Below are positions 1 to 9,865 of a DNA stretch of 64,000 nt, in pieces; positions within the stretch are counted from its first letter, which is position 1, and the number at the start of each line of letters is the position of its first letter. The notes under the pieces were generated by a model that was given only the letters and a program-made list of their open reading frames with translations, had not been told where the DNA came from and searched no databases. Source of the stretch: Candidatus Pyrohabitans jungbluthii (GTDB lineage: Archaea; Hydrothermarchaeota; Hydrothermarchaeia; Hydrothermarchaeales; BMS3B); assembly GCA_002010065.2 (NCBI GenBank), contig MTMD02000015.1, forward strand, positions 1 through 64,000. The letters run 5' to 3'. A program made the translations under genes and the position numbers.

Positions 1-1
1 T

Positions 2-1345
2 TTAGAGGATTTTGTAGTACCTCTGAAGCTCCCAAGGATGCACCTGCACGCGGTACTCGTCCCACTCCTCGCGCTTGAGCTTCAGTAGATTCTCGTACAC
101 ATGGTCGCCGAGGGCGCGGCGCATAAGCTCAGAGTTCTCAAACTCTACTATAGCCTCGCCTAAGTTTGCGGGGAGGCTCTCAATGCCCAGCTCCTTTCTG
201 CGCCTCTCGCTCATGTGGAAGATGTCCTCTTCAATTGGGTCTGGAATCTCCAGCTGCTCCTCTATGCCAGCCAGACCAGCGGCGAGCATGGCTGAGAAAG
301 CGAGATACGGGTTGCACGCGGGGTCGGGGGCACGGTACTCTATTCGTGTTGCCTTCTCCTTGCCGGGCTTGTAAAGGGGCACGCGTATCATTGCGGAGCG
401 ATTGCGGCGTGCCCAGCTCACATACACAGGAGCCTCGTAACCCGGAACAAGGCGCTTGTAGGAGTTCACCCACTGAGCGAGCACCAGTGTAATTTGCCGG
501 GCATACTTCAGGCAGCCGGCAATGTACTGCTTTGCAACCTTTGACAGGTACCAGCCATCCGGGTCGTTGGCGTCGAAGAAGGCATTCTGCCCATCTAGGG
601 TAAAGAGGCTCTGGTGTGTGTGCATACCCGAGCCATTCTCACCGAAGAGCGGCTTTGGCATGAACGTGGCATACAGACCATTCTGCCTGGCTATTGCTTT
701 AACCGCCATCTTGTATGCCAGGGCATAATCAGCCATACGGAGCGCATCGGCATAGCGCAGATCTATTTCATGCTGGCTCGGCGCCACCTCGTGGTGGGAG
801 TACTCTACGGGTATGCCCATAGCCTCAAGGGCGAAGATTATCTGCCTGCGAACATCCTCAGCTTCGTCCAGTGGTAGAAGGTCGAAGTAGCCGCCCAGGT
901 CAGTGGTCTCTGGGCACTCCATGGATTTGAAGAGGAAGAACTCCAGCTCAGGACCAACGTTCATTACAAACCCCTTCTTCTTCGCCTCTTCGAGGTTGCG
1001 CTTAAGCACATAGCGCGGGTCACCCTCGAAGGGCTTGCCGTCAGGGGTAAGTATGTCGCAGACTATGCGGGCAACACGCTTCTCCTGGGGGCGCCACGGA
1101 AGAATCGCAAAGGTATCTGGGTCAGGCATTGCCACCATGTCGCTCTCATGGATTGGGGTATAGCCGAGAATCGACGAACCGTCGAAGCCCATACCCTCTT
1201 CAAGGGCAGTCTCAAGCTCACGCGCAGGTATGGCGAAGCTCTTTAGTATTCCCAGAATGTCTGTAAATTGAAACTTAACGAAGGCCACGTCCTGCTCTTC
1301 AACCACCTGAAGAATCTTTGTTATTTTCTCGCTTCTCTCGCCCAT
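2..1345 (-). CDS. glnA: Glutamine synthetase type I
   Basis: FDGSSI, HHEVAPSQHEI, FMPKP..NGSGMH, RIEYRAPDP motifs. ATG at 1345 follows a GGTGA SD; an upstream GTG at 1357 is also possible. Confidence 0.97.
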   Translation of the reverse strand: MGERSEKITKILQVVEEQDVAFVKFQFTDILGILKSFAIPARELETALEEGMGFDGSSILGYTPIHESDMVAMPDPDTFAILPWRPQEKRVARIVCDILTPDGKPFEGDPRYVLKRNLEEAKKKGFVMNVGPELEFFLFKSMECPETTDLGGYFDLLPLDEAEDVRRQIIFALEAMGIPVEYSHHEVAPSQHEIDLRYADALRMADYALAYKMAVKAIARQNGLYATFMPKPLFGENGSGMHTHQSLFTLDGQNAFFDANDPDGWYLSKVAKQYIAGCLKYARQITLVLAQWVNSYKRLVPGYEAPVYVSWARRNRSAMIRVPLYKPGKEKATRIEYRAPDPACNPYLAFSAMLAAGLAGIEEQLEIPDPIEEDIFHMSERRRKELGIESLPANLGEAIVEFENSELMRRALGDHVYENLLKLKREEWDEYRVQVHPWELQRYYKIL

Positions 1346-1378
1346 GTATATCACCACAACTTTCTAAGATTGTTACAA

Positions 1379-1440
1379 TATATAAAAGCTTGTTTGAGAA
1401 CCTTTATGAAATTTTATGAAATTTTCATAATTTTTCATAA
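1379..1440 (-). promoter_or_regulatory. glnA TATA box plus upstream nested palindrome (TTATGAAA x2 / TTTCATAA x2)
   Basis: TTTTATATA on the minus strand at ~1379-1387. 1404-1440 reads TTATGAAA-TT-TTATGAAA-T-TTTCATAA-TT-TTTCATAA. Confidence 0.55.
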
Positions 1441-1483
1441 CAGCAAAGCGCATCATCTCGTAAGGCAAAGGTAATGTTAGTCC

Positions 1484-1663
1484 CTATCCGCACAGCTTGC
1501 CCGCGATTGCCCAGTCTTCTTTCTCCACATCCTCAAAGATTATGTGCACATGCTCCGGCGCAGTGCCGGCGATGTCCACCATCGCTTTTGTAATCGCCTC
1601 CGCAAGCTTTGCCTTCTGCTCTTTGCTTCTGCCCTTCCACATGGTTATCCTAACTACCGGCAT
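1484..1663 (-). CDS. 4-oxalocrotonate tautomerase family protein
   Basis: MPVVRITMWKGRSKEQK...EDVEKEDWAIAG with catalytic Pro-1 after Met removal; GAGGTGA SD upstream of the ATG at 1663. Confidence 0.92.
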   Translation of the reverse strand: MPVVRITMWKGRSKEQKAKLAEAITKAMVDIAGTAPEHVHIIFEDVEKEDWAIAGKLCG

Positions 1664-1775
1664 ACTCTCACCTCTTTTTAGTATAATCTTGGTTATGAAA
1701 AAATGTTGCGTTATGTTTAGAGTTGGACTTTCTGGAAAGCCAGAAGGAGCTATACCCGCATTTACAGCTGCAGAG

Positions 1776-2708
1776 CTACATCGTAATCTCAATCTCGAGC
1801 TTCTCCGCAATCTCCTTGTAGCGGTTGCGTATGGTAACCTCAGTAACGCCCGCTACCTCGCTTATCTCCTGCTGCGTTCTGCGCTCGCCCACCAGCACAG
1901 AGGCAATGTAAATCGCAGCCGCGCTAACGCCAGTGGGGCCACGCCCAGAGGTTAGCTGCAGATTCATGGCTTTGTTCAGTATATCCATCGCCTTCATCTG
2001 CACCTCCCGGGATAAGCCAAGAGAAGAACAGAAGCGTGGGATATAGTCCAGAGGCGTTGTTGGCGAGAGGTTTATACCCAGCTCGCGCAGAATGAAGCGG
2101 TAGATGCGCCCTATCTCCTTGCGATCCATCATGCTTGCTTCAGCTATCTCGTCCAACGTGCGAGGCACAGAGCAGCGGCGGCACGCGATGTAGATGCACG
2201 CCGCAACCACACCCTCGATGCTGCGCCCGCGAATCAAGCCCTTATCCACAGCCTTGCGGTACACCACCGCCGCAGATTCGCGCACATTCTTGGGCAGGTC
2301 GAGCTTCGACGCTATCTTATTTAACTCGGTTAGCGCTATGGTGAGGTTGCGCTCTTTGGCGTTGCTCACGCGGATGCGCTGCTGCCACTTGCGCATGCGG
2401 TAAAGCTGGGCGCGCTGCTGAGAGGGTATATCACGCCCTGAAGAATCCTTGTTGCGCCAGTCTATCGTCGTGGACAAACCCATGTCGTGTATGAGGTATG
2501 TCATCGGCGCACCTGTGCGGGAGCGCTTCTCAGCCTGCTCGTTGTCAAAGGCGCGCCACTCAGGGCCTTCGTCCATCAGGTCCTCGTCCACGACAAGACC
2601 ACACTGGTTGCAGATAACCTCTGCCCTCTCATAGTCGTGGTACAAATCAGTGCTTCCACACTCCGGGCACTTCACAACATACTCGCCTGTGCCTATCTTA
2701 TTCACCAC
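1776..2708 (-). CDS. tfb: Transcription initiation factor IIB
   Basis: Zn ribbon CPECG...CNQCG, GPEWRAF B-reader, two cyclin repeats, C-terminal [12 protein letters not shown]. Confidence 0.98.
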   Translation of the reverse strand: MVNKIGTGEYVVKCPECGSTDLYHDYERAEVICNQCGLVVDEDLMDEGPEWRAFDNEQAEKRSRTGAPMTYLIHDMGLSTTIDWRNKDSSGRDIPSQQRAQLYRMRKWQQRIRVSNAKERNLTIALTELNKIASKLDLPKNVRESAAVVYRKAVDKGLIRGRSIEGVVAACIYIACRRCSVPRTLDEIAEASMMDRKEIGRIYRFILRELGINLSPTTPLDYIPRFCSSLGLSREVQMKAMDILNKAMNLQLTSGRGPTGVSAAAIYIASVLVGERRTQQEISEVAGVTEVTIRNRYKEIAEKLEIEITM

Positions 2709-2931
2709 CCTTGAGTGTTCTCAGCTCTCTGCAAAAAAAGCCTGATATAGCCAACGAATCTAACATGTAATCTAAATTCCTGAAATTCCCGAGGTAAATA
2801 AATATAGATTTATGTTGTTAAGAAGCGCTGAGATGTCAACCTCCCGCTGGAGTATTGCAAATGCCACACCAGACGTTACCAAAAAAGATATATATCATGA
2901 AAAATCATGAACTTTATTCGAGAGGTGCAAG

Positions 2932-4332
2932 GTGATGGATGAAGAAATCCCCGTTGATGTTGGCTTAATCTATGAGGGTGAGAGGATAAGAAAGTCAAAC
3001 ATGTACGTGGACCTGGCTGGACCTAAAAGCAAGGGTGCGGAGCTTCTCATAGTTGCGCCTCCCGAAGAGGTTGAGGACGGCAAGGTTGAGGTTGTCGGAC
3101 CCGACATCGATGCGATGGAGGAGGGCGGACGCTATCCTCTCGGCATATTCATCAAGGTCGCTGGGGAGAAGCTGGAAGAGGACCTAGAGGGCGTGTTTGA
3201 GCGCAGGATTCACGACTTCTCCAACTACGTTCAGGGGTTCATGCATCTCAACTCCCGAGACATAATATGGTGCAGGGTTAGCAAGGACTCAGCCAAGAAG
3301 GGGCTAAAGCTCTACCACGTTGGCAAGGCGCTTATAAAGCTCTACAAGAGCGAGTTCGATGTTATAGAGAAGATGCAGGTCACCTTTTACACCGATGAGA
3401 AAGCTGTGGATGAGCACATCGCCAGGGCGAGAGAAGTATACGAGAAGCGCGATGCAAAGGCGGCGGCGCTTAAGGATGAGGAGGTGGACGTGTTCTACGG
3501 CTGCCTGCTCTGCCAGAGCTTCGCGCCGACGCACGTGTGTGCGATTACCCCAAGTCGAACCTCAGGCTGCGGAGCAATTTCCTGGTTTGAAGGCAGAGCG
3601 GCGGTGAAGGTCGACCCCAACGGTCCAATCTTTGAGATTCCAAAGGGCGAGGTTCTTGACCCGATAAAGGGGGAGTACTCCGGCATAAACGAGGTTATAC
3701 GGGAGAAGAGCAATGGGGCAATAGAGCGAGTTTACCTCCACAGCATCTTCGACTACCCCCACACCTCCTGCGGGTGCTTTGAGGCTATCGCCTTCTACAT
3801 ACCCGAGGTGGATGGCATAGGCATTGTGCATCGCGATTTCCAGGGCGTTACTCCCTTCGGCATACCCTTCTCCACCATGGCAGGGCAGGTGGGCGGCGGT
3901 GTACAGAGCCAGGGCTTCTTGGGCATAGGCATAGCCTACCTGCGCTCCCCTAAGTTTCTCCAGGCTGACGGAGGCTGGCAGCGCATAGTGTGGATGCCCT
4001 CCCAGCTCAAGGAGCGCGTGCGCGACGCCATTCCCGAGGAGATGTACGATAAAATTGCCACAGAGCTTGAGGCTTCTGACCTCGAGTCGCTCAAGGAGTT
4101 CCTGAAGCAGAAGCAGCACCCCGTGCTGGAGCGCCTTGCTGAGGAGGAGGCTGAAGAAGAGGCAGCAGAAGAGGAGACGCGCGAGCAGGAGGCGCAGCCC
4201 GTAGCAACGCTGCCAGAACTCACGCTGCCAGCGCAGGGCATGCCTGTGGCGGGCTCTCCCTCTGAGTTCACAATCACCTTTAAGAATGCCAAGATATACG
4301 CAGAAAAGGTAATAATAAGGAGAAAGGGATGA
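2932..4332 (+). CDS. cdhC: Acetyl-CoA decarbonylase/synthase beta subunit (acetyl-CoA synthase)
   Basis: FYGCLLCQSFAPTHVC and PHTSCGCFE A-cluster motifs; acidic C-terminal linker. Confidence 0.96.
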   Translation: MMDEEIPVDVGLIYEGERIRKSNMYVDLAGPKSKGAELLIVAPPEEVEDGKVEVVGPDIDAMEEGGRYPLGIFIKVAGEKLEEDLEGVFERRIHDFSNYVQGFMHLNSRDIIWCRVSKDSAKKGLKLYHVGKALIKLYKSEFDVIEKMQVTFYTDEKAVDEHIARAREVYEKRDAKAAALKDEEVDVFYGCLLCQSFAPTHVCAITPSRTSGCGAISWFEGRAAVKVDPNGPIFEIPKGEVLDPIKGEYSGINEVIREKSNGAIERVYLHSIFDYPHTSCGCFEAIAFYIPEVDGIGIVHRDFQGVTPFGIPFSTMAGQVGGGVQSQGFLGIGIAYLRSPKFLQADGGWQRIVWMPSQLKERVRDAIPEEMYDKIATELEASDLESLKEFLKQKQHPVLERLAEEEAEEEAAEEETREQEAQPVATLPELTLPAQGMPVAGSPSEFTITFKNAKIYAEKVIIRRKG

Positions 4333-5078
4333 TAATCGCTGTCTCTGGCAAGGGCGGCACCGGCAAGACGGTGATAGCAAGCCTGCTGGTGCGCTGTCTC
4401 GCTGAACACAACGCCTACGATATCTTAGCCATAGATAGTGACCCCGACTCAAACCTTCCTGAAGCTCTCGGCGTAGATGTGGAGCGCACCATAGGCGACA
4501 TACGCGAGGAGCTTCTTGAGAAGCGCGATAGCCTCCCGCCTGGGGTGAGCTGGCGCTCGCAGCTGGAATACGAGGCGATGCGCGCTATTGTAGAAACCAG
4601 AGCCTTCGACCTGCTCAGCATGGGACGCCCAGAAGGGCCAGGATGCTACTGCGCCGCTAATCATGTGCTGCGTGAGATAATCGACACCTTCGCCAAGAAC
4701 TACGACTATGTGGTGATAGACACGGAAGCAGGGCTGGAGCACCTCTCGCGGCGAACCACGCAGAACGTGGACGTGATGCTCGTGGTCACTGACACCTCAA
4801 AGCGAGGGATAACCACCGCCGCAAGGATTAAAGAGCTTGCAGAGGAACTGAAAATAAAGTTCAAGCACATATACGTGGTTATAAACCGCGCAACTGAGGA
4901 AACCAAGCAGAAGCTCGAAGAGTACGCCCGTGAGATAGGTTTAAAGGTTATAGGAGTCGTGCCCGAGGACGAGAACGTCAGGCACTATGATCACGAAGGG
5001 AAGCCACTTGTAGAGCTTCCTCCTGACACTCCCGCACTAAAGGCAGTGCGCGAGATAGCAGAAAAGATCGTGAGGTAG
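4329..5078 (+). CDS. cooC: CooC/AcsF-type nickel-insertion ATPase
   Basis: GKGGTGKT, GCYC, DTEAGLEHLSR; lies inside the cdh operon. Confidence 0.93.
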   Translation: MIIAVSGKGGTGKTVIASLLVRCLAEHNAYDILAIDSDPDSNLPEALGVDVERTIGDIREELLEKRDSLPPGVSWRSQLEYEAMRAIVETRAFDLLSMGRPEGPGCYCAANHVLREIIDTFAKNYDYVVIDTEAGLEHLSRRTTQNVDVMLVVTDTSKRGITTAARIKELAEELKIKFKHIYVVINRATEETKQKLEEYAREIGLKVIGVVPEDENVRHYDHEGKPLVELPPDTPALKAVREIAEKIVR

Positions 5079-5082
5079 GAGC

Positions 5083-6273
5083 ATGAAACTCAACCTTGAG
5101 GACATAATAAAAAGCCTGGTGGACGTGGAGAGCATAGAGCTGGAGAATGTGGAGCTGGATGTGGAGGAGCTTGTGATACAGGCAAAGCAGGCGATGCTGA
5201 TGCCAATTCTTCAGCAGCTTCAGCCGCAGGCGGCAGCTACGCTGGAGGCAAAGCCGGAGCAGAAGCTGGAGGCGCTACCTGAGATAACCTTTGAGAAGCC
5301 CGTAAAGGAGTACCGCGGGCAGGTGGAGGAAATAACCCTTGGAGCAACCCGCAGCGAGGGCGGTAGCAGGAGCAAGGTGATAAAAATAGGCGGGCAGCGC
5401 ACCCTCTACCACTTTGAAGGAGGGTGGGTTAATAAGCCCGTGGTGAGTTTTGATGTCTTCGACATTCCCCAGCCCCAGTTCCCCAAGGCTCTGCGCGAGG
5501 CGTGGGGCGACTTCTGGGATTCGCCCGCTGAATGGGCACGCGAGGCTGTGAAGCGTGGTGCAGACCTAGTTACCATTCACTTGGTCTCTACTGACCCGAA
5601 GGTTAAGGACACGCCCATCAGCGAGGCTGCAAAAACCGTGGAGGAGGTGCTTCAGGCAGTAGATGTGCCCATAGTAATAGGCGGCTCTGGCAACCCGGAG
5701 AAGGACCCGGCGCTCTTTGAGAAGGTGGCGGCGGTTGCTGAGAACGAGCGCTGCCTGCTTGCGAGCGCAAACTTGGACCTCGACCACAAGCGCATCGTGG
5801 ATGCGGCGGTTAAGTACAACCACAATGTGCTGAGCTGGGTCTCTCTGGACATAAACGATCAGAAGACACTGAACAAGCTCCTGCTGGAAGAGGGCTTGCC
5901 ACGCGAACGACTTGTGCAAGACCCCACAACGGCGGCGCTGGGCTATGGTTTGGAGTACACCTACACCATGATAGAGCGCATAAAGATCAACGCCCTCAAG
6001 GGCGAGAAGGAACTGGCTTTTCCTGTAAGCTGCGGCGTGACCAACGCATGGGCGGCGCGCGAGGCGTGGATGAACGTCGCGGAGTGGGGTCCCCGCGAGT
6101 ACCGTGGGCCCCTCTGGGAGACTGTCAATGCTCTAGCTGTTATGATCGCAGGAGCTGACATAATGATGATGCTCCACCCCAGTGCGGTGCAGGCGATTAA
6201 GGCGATAATCGACTCCATCTTCGGCGACTACCAAGGAGTGGAGATAAAGTATGAGAATTGGCTGAAGGTCTAG
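5083..6273 (+). CDS. cdhD: ACDS delta subunit (small corrinoid Fe-S protein subunit)
   Basis: IGGSGNPEKDP, DPTTAALGYGLEY, NAWAAREAW, RGPLWE motifs. Confidence 0.95.
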   Translation: MKLNLEDIIKSLVDVESIELENVELDVEELVIQAKQAMLMPILQQLQPQAAATLEAKPEQKLEALPEITFEKPVKEYRGQVEEITLGATRSEGGSRSKVIKIGGQRTLYHFEGGWVNKPVVSFDVFDIPQPQFPKALREAWGDFWDSPAEWAREAVKRGADLVTIHLVSTDPKVKDTPISEAAKTVEEVLQAVDVPIVIGGSGNPEKDPALFEKVAAVAENERCLLASANLDLDHKRIVDAAVKYNHNVLSWVSLDINDQKTLNKLLLEEGLPRERLVQDPTTAALGYGLEYTYTMIERIKINALKGEKELAFPVSCGVTNAWAAREAWMNVAEWGPREYRGPLWETVNALAVMIAGADIMMMLHPSAVQAIKAIIDSIFGDYQGVEIKYENWLKV

Positions 6274-6275
6274 GC

Positions 6276-6746
6276 ATGACAAAGGTATCGCCGCTAGAGG
6301 TTCACAAGCTCCTGCCACGCACCAACTGCAAGAAGTGCGGCAACGCGAGCTGCATGGCTTTCGCGGTAAAGCTGGTGAGTGGCAAGGCTTACTTGGATGA
6401 GTGCCCGACAATAAACGAGGCGCGCTACTTGCGCCAGAAGCTCGCGCTCAAGGAGCTTATCAGCAAGGTGCTCGCTGCGACGCCAACAAAGTTCGTGATT
6501 CACGAGGAGCGGTGCACAGGCTGCGGCAACTGCGTCGACGCCTGCCCAGCGAACGTTGCCGTTAGCTTAGAGGTGAGCGGTGGCAAGGGCAGCGCCAGCA
6601 AAGACGTGGTGCTCAAAATAGAAGACGGCGTGGTGAAGGTGGTGAACGTCAAGGCGTGCCGGCGCTTTGAAGAGGATGCCAGCGAGTCGCGACCATGCAG
6701 CGTGTGCGTGGACTCATGCCCCTACAAGGCGATTGAGTTTATGTGA
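6276..6746 (+). CDS. Fe-S protein: CdhE-like N-terminal FeS domain fused to an FwdG-like 2x[4Fe-4S] ferredoxin
   Basis: LPRTNCKKCGNASCMAFA; CTGCGNCVDACP...VSGGKG...CSVCVDSCP. Confidence 0.8.
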   Translation: MTKVSPLEVHKLLPRTNCKKCGNASCMAFAVKLVSGKAYLDECPTINEARYLRQKLALKELISKVLAATPTKFVIHEERCTGCGNCVDACPANVAVSLEVSGGKGSASKDVVLKIEDGVVKVVNVKACRRFEEDASESRPCSVCVDSCPYKAIEFM

Positions 6747-6768
6747 CAATGTTGAGAGGCGATGGGAA

Positions 6769-8175
6769 ATGGCTAAGGTATCACCCCTTGAGATATACAA
6801 GCACTTACCCGGACTGAACTGCAAGGAGTGTGGTGAAGACTCCTGTATGGCTTTTGCGAGTGCGCTCATAGAGCGCAAGAAGAAGTACGAGGACTGCGCA
6901 CCCCTTGTGAGGGAAGAAAAATACAAAAAGAAGCTGGATAAGCTTGTGGAGCTGGTGACGCCTCCCGTTAAGGAGGTGGTTATTGGCACTGGAGAGCGCG
7001 CCTGCGTCATAGGCGGCGAGGAGGTAATGTACCGCCACGAGCTTACCTTCTTCAATCCCACGGCGCTTTTCATAGACGTGAGCGACGACTTGCCAGCTGA
7101 CGAACTCGCTGAAAGAGTGGCGAAAATAAACAAGTTTGCTATAGAGCGCGTGGGGCAAAAGCTTCGCCTTGATGGTATAGCGGTGAGAGCAAAGAGCGGC
7201 GACCCCGCGAGGTTCGGCGAGGCAGTGGTCACCGCGGTAGAGAATTCGGACCTCCCATTAATGCTGTGCTCCTTTGATCCAGAGCATCTGGAGGTTGGTC
7301 TGGAAATAGCGATAGAGCGGAGACCCCTTATCTACGCGGCGACGAAGGAGAACGTAGACGCCGTGGCCGAGCTTGCTGTGAAACACAACGCACCTGTAGT
7401 AGCTTCCTCGCCTGGCGATATTCAGGGGCTGCTTGAGCTCGTGGCAAAGCTGCGCAGCAAGGGTGTGGAGGATATTGTTCTCGACGTGGGCACCTATCCG
7501 CTGGGCGCGAAGTTCGGCTCGAGCCTTGAGAATATGGTGATGCTGCGCAGGCTGGCGATTGAGAAGGGCGAGAAGCTGGCGGGCTACCCTATAATGGGCG
7601 TGCCCCTCGTCGCTTGGTTAAATGGCGACGAGCCTGCTAAAGCCGCGATGCAGGAGTGCATCATAGCGAGCACCCAGCTTCTGCGCTACGCAGACCTTCT
7701 GGTACTCCACTCCATGGACATGTTCTCCCTGCTTCCGCTGCTCACCCTGAGGCAGAACATATACACCGACCCGAGGGTGCCAATTCAGGTGGATGCGAAG
7801 CTCTATGAGATTGGCAAGCCCGACGAGAACTCGCCTGTGCTCCTGACCACGAACTTTGCCCTTACCTACTACACCGTCGCATCTGACATAGAGGCAGGGA
7901 AGGTGGACTGCTACCTGCTGGTGGTCAACACCGAAGGCTTGGCCGTTGAGCCCGCGATGGCAGGTGCAAAGCTCACGGGCAGCCTCGTGAAGGAGGCAAT
8001 CGAGGAGAGCGGCGTCGAGAACAAGGTGAAGCACCGCAAGCTGATAATCCCTGGCATGGCAGCGCGCATAAGCGGCGAGATTGAAGACCTCACTGGCTGG
8101 GAGGTCATCGTCGGCCCAATAGATTCCTCGCGCATACCTGCGTTTATAGAACAGAAGTGGAAGTCTGAGGCTTAG
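6769..8175 (+). CDS. cdhE: ACDS gamma subunit (large corrinoid Fe-S protein subunit)
   Basis: LPGLNCKECG..CMAFA, LRQNIYTDP, TTNFALTYYTV motifs; ATG at 6769. Confidence 0.96.
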   Translation: MAKVSPLEIYKHLPGLNCKECGEDSCMAFASALIERKKKYEDCAPLVREEKYKKKLDKLVELVTPPVKEVVIGTGERACVIGGEEVMYRHELTFFNPTALFIDVSDDLPADELAERVAKINKFAIERVGQKLRLDGIAVRAKSGDPARFGEAVVTAVENSDLPLMLCSFDPEHLEVGLEIAIERRPLIYAATKENVDAVAELAVKHNAPVVASSPGDIQGLLELVAKLRSKGVEDIVLDVGTYPLGAKFGSSLENMVMLRRLAIEKGEKLAGYPIMGVPLVAWLNGDEPAKAAMQECIIASTQLLRYADLLVLHSMDMFSLLPLLTLRQNIYTDPRVPIQVDAKLYEIGKPDENSPVLLTTNFALTYYTVASDIEAGKVDCYLLVVNTEGLAVEPAMAGAKLTGSLVKEAIEESGVENKVKHRKLIIPGMAARISGEIEDLTGWEVIVGPIDSSRIPAFIEQKWKSEA

Positions 8176-8207
8176 GTTTTTAATATTCTCCACCCAATCT
8201 ATTTTTT

Positions 8208-8729
8208 ATGAGCCTCAAGAACAGGGTAAGCGTGGTAAGGGGTGACATAACACAGGTCGAGGCAGATGCCATAGTGAACCCATCCAACAGCTACGGCGTA
8301 ATGGGCGGAGGCGTGGCACTGGCGATTAAGCTCAGGGGTGGCGAGGAGATAGAACGCGAGGCAATGGCGAAGGCTCCAATCAACGTTGGCAGCGCCGCAG
8401 TAACGACTGCGGGAAGGCTTAAAGCAAAGGCGGTGATTCACGCCAGCACAATGCAAAAGCCAGCGCAGAGGGTGGGCGTAAACGAGGTTCGCCTGGCAAC
8501 AAGAGCAGCGTTGCAAGCAGCCTCGCAACATGGCTTCAGGAGCGTTGCCTTCCCGGGTATGGGCACAGGCGTTGGCGGCGTACCCAAGGATGAGGCGGCA
8601 AGGGCAATGCTCCAGGAGATTCTGGCGCACCTTGCAAGGGATGCGCTGCCGGAAAGGGTTATTCTGGTCGCCTTCGATGAAGGGCTTTTCTCTGCCTTCC
8701 AGGAGGCGTTGCGTGAGGCGGAAGAATAG
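8208..8729 (+). CDS. Macro domain (ADP-ribose-binding/hydrolase) protein
   Basis: GDIT, AIVNPSN..MGGGVA, AFPGMGTGVGG. Confidence 0.93.
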   Translation: MSLKNRVSVVRGDITQVEADAIVNPSNSYGVMGGGVALAIKLRGGEEIEREAMAKAPINVGSAAVTTAGRLKAKAVIHASTMQKPAQRVGVNEVRLATRAALQAASQHGFRSVAFPGMGTGVGGVPKDEAARAMLQEILAHLARDALPERVILVAFDEGLFSAFQEALREAEE

Positions 8730-8782
8730 ACGCTGGTTTCTGTATATATCGCCTGATGTGCTTACCCAGTTTTATTCGAGGC

Positions 8783-9268
8783 TTACTCCCTGAAATCCAC
8801 TCCACCTTTGCACACTCCGCCCACGTTGAGGGGATACTCCTGGCACACCTCGGGTTTTGTCTCATGGATGGCGCATGCATAAGCGCCGTCGATTTTAGTA
8901 AGAAAGACACACCGCCCGCTCTCGTCGCCCATCTCAAGAGTCCCGTCGGTGATTAAAGCTCCACCGTTTTCCTCCATCTTAAGGTAGCGGAGCACCTCCT
9001 CTCTGCCCTCGCGAATCCAGCGCTCCACATCGCTTGGCGAAGCCTGAATTTTGCTTCCCAGGGTAAGGCAGCACCTGCCACAGCGCCTGCACTTCTCCGG
9101 GCTTGCGACTTTTTTACCAAGCCTGAAGAATCTGCCGGCAATGACCAAGCCGGCGACCTCAACCTCGCCCAGATCAGCGTTTCCCTCGCTCTCATCCCCC
9201 TGAGGCGGGGGCAGGATGTACTTTAGAGTCCTACCTCCGTAGGAGTAGAGGATTGCATCCTCTTCCAT
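8783..9268 (-). CDS. YkgJ-family cysteine-cluster protein
   Basis: CRRCGRCC, CVFL, CAIHETKPEVCQEYP. Confidence 0.8.
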   Translation of the reverse strand: MEEDAILYSYGGRTLKYILPPPQGDESEGNADLGEVEVAGLVIAGRFFRLGKKVASPEKCRRCGRCCLTLGSKIQASPSDVERWIREGREEVLRYLKMEENGGALITDGTLEMGDESGRCVFLTKIDGAYACAIHETKPEVCQEYPLNVGGVCKGGVDFRE

Positions 9269-9325
9269 GCTGCGCCACCTTCCAAAAGCCCAGAAATTAT
9301 TTTAGCCTCATAGCCTAAGTATTTT

Positions 9326-9814
9326 TTGATGGCGACCTGCGATTACGTGCCCACAAGCGAAGCCAGGGCGAGAGAGATGCTCAGCTTGGCAGGTGTGAAG
9401 GAGGGTGAAGTGGTCTACGACCTTGGGTGTGGCACTGGGGAGATACTCATAGTCGCCGCAGAGGAGTTTGGTGCGCGCTGCTTTGGAATAGAGGTGAATT
9501 CCCACCTGGTGGAGTGGGCGAGGGAAGAAATAGAGAGTCGAGGACTGCAGGACAGGATAACTATTTTCCACGGCAACATATTTGAGCCTCGCTTCTGGAA
9601 GCACCAGGGCGGAGATGAGAGCATCGCCGTCGCCAATGCTGACGTGGTTACCTACTACCTCACGCTGTGGGTGCAGGAAGAGTTGAAGCCTCTCATTGAG
9701 AGGGAGCTCAGGCATGGAGCTAGAGTTGTCTCGCGGGAATTCAAGGTCATGGGCTGGAAGCCGGTGAAGGTTAGGAATGGCATCTACCTCTTTGAGAAGG
9801 GAAGGAGTTTCTGA
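9326..9814 (+). CDS. Class I SAM-dependent methyltransferase
   Basis: YVPT, VYDLGCGTG, ADVVTYYL, GARVVS. Confidence 0.88.
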   Translation: MMATCDYVPTSEARAREMLSLAGVKEGEVVYDLGCGTGEILIVAAEEFGARCFGIEVNSHLVEWAREEIESRGLQDRITIFHGNIFEPRFWKHQGGDESIAVANADVVTYYLTLWVQEELKPLIERELRHGARVVSREFKVMGWKPVKVRNGIYLFEKGRSF

Positions 9815-9865
9815 TAGGAATAAATTTTTAAAACTGCCGGGCGTTAAATATACCAGGCGATATTT

